A stretch of 64,000 nucleotides of DNA, taken from the NCBI GenBank assembly GCA_030704615.1, contig CM060732.1, forward strand, positions 4,030,001-4,094,000. Direction: 5' to 3'. Source of the stretch: Takakia lepidozioides (lineage: Eukaryota > Plantae > Bryophyta). A program made the position numbers and the translations under genes. The notes beneath the pieces were generated by a model. The model worked only from the letters and a program-made list of their open reading frames with translations, searched no databases and was not told the DNA's origin. Below, in pieces: positions 62,353 to 64,000 of the stretch. The first letter of the stretch is position 1, and the number at the start of each line of letters is the position of its first letter.

Positions 62353-63735
62353 TTACTTGCTTAGGTTCTCTTGCAGCTGTCCTTCTGTTGTAGTAACAAT
62401 TTCAGTAGAATGGTTATCCATCTTACAGATAGTACAGTGTTTCTCCTTCATGTGGCATTCAGTGGTGGTATGGCCTTCATTCTGGCACTTTGCACACCAA
62501 ACACCCTTCCTCCAATGTGTTGCAGCCTCTGTGGCATACTTCTTCAAGATTTCTTCTAATCTTTTCTCATAGTTATCCCTCTTCAACTTCTCCTTTCTCT
62601 TACTCTTCCTTTTCAGTTCTTGCTCTTCTTCTTCATCTGACTCATCCTCAGAGTCCTCATCATCCATTTTCTCTCTCTTGAGCATTCCCAATTGCTCAAT
62701 TCTGTTTGCAGTTTCAAATGCCTCCTCCACTGTATTATGGGGTAACATATCCACTTTCTTCTGCAACTCTGGTCTTAGTCCACTCACAAACCAAGTCTTC
62801 TGTAAACCTGGTGCTGGTACAGCAGCCAGCTTTTTCATCATCAATTCCATCTTTTCCATATACTCCTCAACAGTTTCATGCTTCTTTTGCTTTAACTGTT
62901 GTAAACTTCCATACACTTCATCCTCAGTTTTACTTGTCCTGAACCTATTTCGGATGGTTGTATTCAAGCCATTCCAGGTTAGGAAATGATTATCAGGGAA
63001 TCTTGCATACCATTCACTTGCTTTCTTGATAAGTGAACAAGGAAACAATCTCATCTTGGCATCATCGCCATTCTCATTGTTCACTATACACATGTGCTCA
63101 AATTGGCTAATGTGTACATCGGGATCCCCTTTTCCTGAATATATTGAAAAAGGTGGTTTTGCCCGTGTTGGTTTGTAACGCCATTGTGGCCCTACCTTCT
63201 GCCCACTGACAGGTGCTGGCACCCTTGCTGGTGCTGGTCCTAGAGGACCTGTTGTAGTTGTGGTGGATCTTGCACCAAGTGGTGGCCCCTGAGCACTCCC
63301 TGCTACTAGCCCCACGATATTCACAGTATTCCCAGCTCCAGTTGCACTATTTCCCACACTCCCTGTCCCCCCAGAGCCAGATCCAGGCAGCCCGCCTGAT
63401 CCCTCTGAGCCGACACCTTCGTTGGCCTGTGATCCAAGTGCTCCACTTGATCCAAGTCCAACGGGTTGAGATGTCCTGGTTGTAGTCTCAACCTCAGCTG
63501 TTGGGTCTACTTCTTCATACTCTTCCTCTTCCAATTTCTTCTCTCTATTTTCATCCTCCAAGTTCTGCCCTTGGGTTTCTTCTTCACTCATGTAACTCAA
63601 CTGCAATGGTGTTGGAGAGTCTGAACTCTCCATTGGCTCTGCCACATCCTCTCCTCCTTCTTCACCCTCCGCTTCAGAAACTGGAGTTCCTGCTTTTGGT
63701 GTTTCATGCCAACTCTTATCAAAGATTTCTGTCAA
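62353..63735 (-). CDS. gag: Retrotransposon Gag
   Basis: YSGKGDPDVHISQFE..LFPCSL..ASEWY, LKQKKHETVEEY, FVSGL, and zinc knuckle CAKCQNEGHTTTEC. Confidence 0.88.
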   Translation of the reverse strand: MTEIFDKSWHETPKAGTPVSEAEGEEGGEDVAEPMESSDSPTPLQLSYMSEEETQGQNLEDENREKKLEEEEYEEVDPTAEVETTTRTSQPVGLGSSGALGSQANEGVGSEGSGGLPGSGSGGTGSVGNSATGAGNTVNIVGLVAGSAQGPPLGARSTTTTTGPLGPAPARVPAPVSGQKVGPQWRYKPTRAKPPFSIYSGKGDPDVHISQFEHMCIVNNENGDDAKMRLFPCSLIKKASEWYARFPDNHFLTWNGLNTTIRNRFRTSKTEDEVYGSLQQLKQKKHETVEEYMEKMELMMKKLAAVPAPGLQKTWFVSGLRPELQKKVDMLPHNTVEEAFETANRIEQLGMLKREKMDDEDSEDESDEEEEQELKRKSKRKEKLKRDNYEKRLEEILKKYATEAATHWRKGVWCAKCQNEGHTTTECHMKEKHCTICKMDNHSTEIVTTTEGQLQENLSK

Positions 63736-63792
63736 ATCTTTTATCCAGGGATGTACCTCAGATCTTTCACATCTGGTTGTTCATGACCCAGT

Positions 63793-63810
63793 TCACCAGT
63801 ATGGTCGCCA
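63793..63810 (-). other. Primer binding site (TGGCGACCA..., possibly tRNA-Arg)
   Basis: Minus strand TGGCGACCATACTGG, 2 nt after the 5' LTR CA. Confidence 0.7.
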
Positions 63811-63812
63811 AA

Positions 63813-64000
63813 TGTCGAGCGGCTTTTACTCACCCATCCCTTCGCTATCCGAGGTGGGAACTCCAAGATAGAAGAGTTGGAAATCTCTAAGCACTCAGCC
63901 CGCTCAGAACAATCAGTCATGACCTACAACTAGTGTATCATGGGGGTGTTTCCTATTTGTACTCCTTCCCACATTCATGTTAGCGAGTTACCTTACTATC
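63813..64000 (-). repeat. 5' LTR (partial)
   Basis: Near-identical to 37780-37968. Confidence 0.9.

Larger units (their letters stand above)
37780..64000 (-). mobile_element. Ty3/gypsy LTR retrotransposon (5' LTR runs off the window), interrupted by MULE E
   Basis: Matching LTR starts at 37780 and 63813. gag-PR-RT-RH-INT order on the minus strand, with PBS and PPT. Confidence 0.93.

Overview
Land-plant repetitive DNA (PLS-type PPR remnant, spliceosomal introns, Ty3/gypsy LTR element), made almost entirely of nested transposons. The main component is one family of large Mutator-like (MULE) DNA transposons, present four times: A (<1-9241), B (16289-35020, decayed), C (18591-30918, a divergent subfamily nested in B) and E (40257-54908, apparently intact, nested in a gypsy retrotransposon). 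All have (CATGAGC)n termini, and B, C and E have 8-9 bp TSDs. The family carries a GCM-like/MULE-DDE/SWIM transposase and a divergently transcribed ~10-exon gene fusing a ParB/Srx-like domain (FVWDGNHRL) to a beta-class N6A/N4C amino-methyltransferase-like domain (DMIILDIPDG ... VLDLICGTG|ASMWAG). Non-coding regions and introns carry dozens of copies of a 22-bp palindrome. It is subfamily-specific (GGAAATGCGGYRCCGCATTTCC in A/B/E; GGAAATTCGGCGCCGAATTTCC in C), and in B and E it is spaced at near-integer helical turns (32-33, 53, 63-64, 74 bp). The inferred system is a transposon-borne ParB/parS-like DNA-marking or anti-silencing module. Also present are a second MULE carrying a Ulp1 protease gene, a tRNA-derived SINE family and a gypsy element with an extra 3' ORF. 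All domain calls come from motif recognition by eye; no searches were run.
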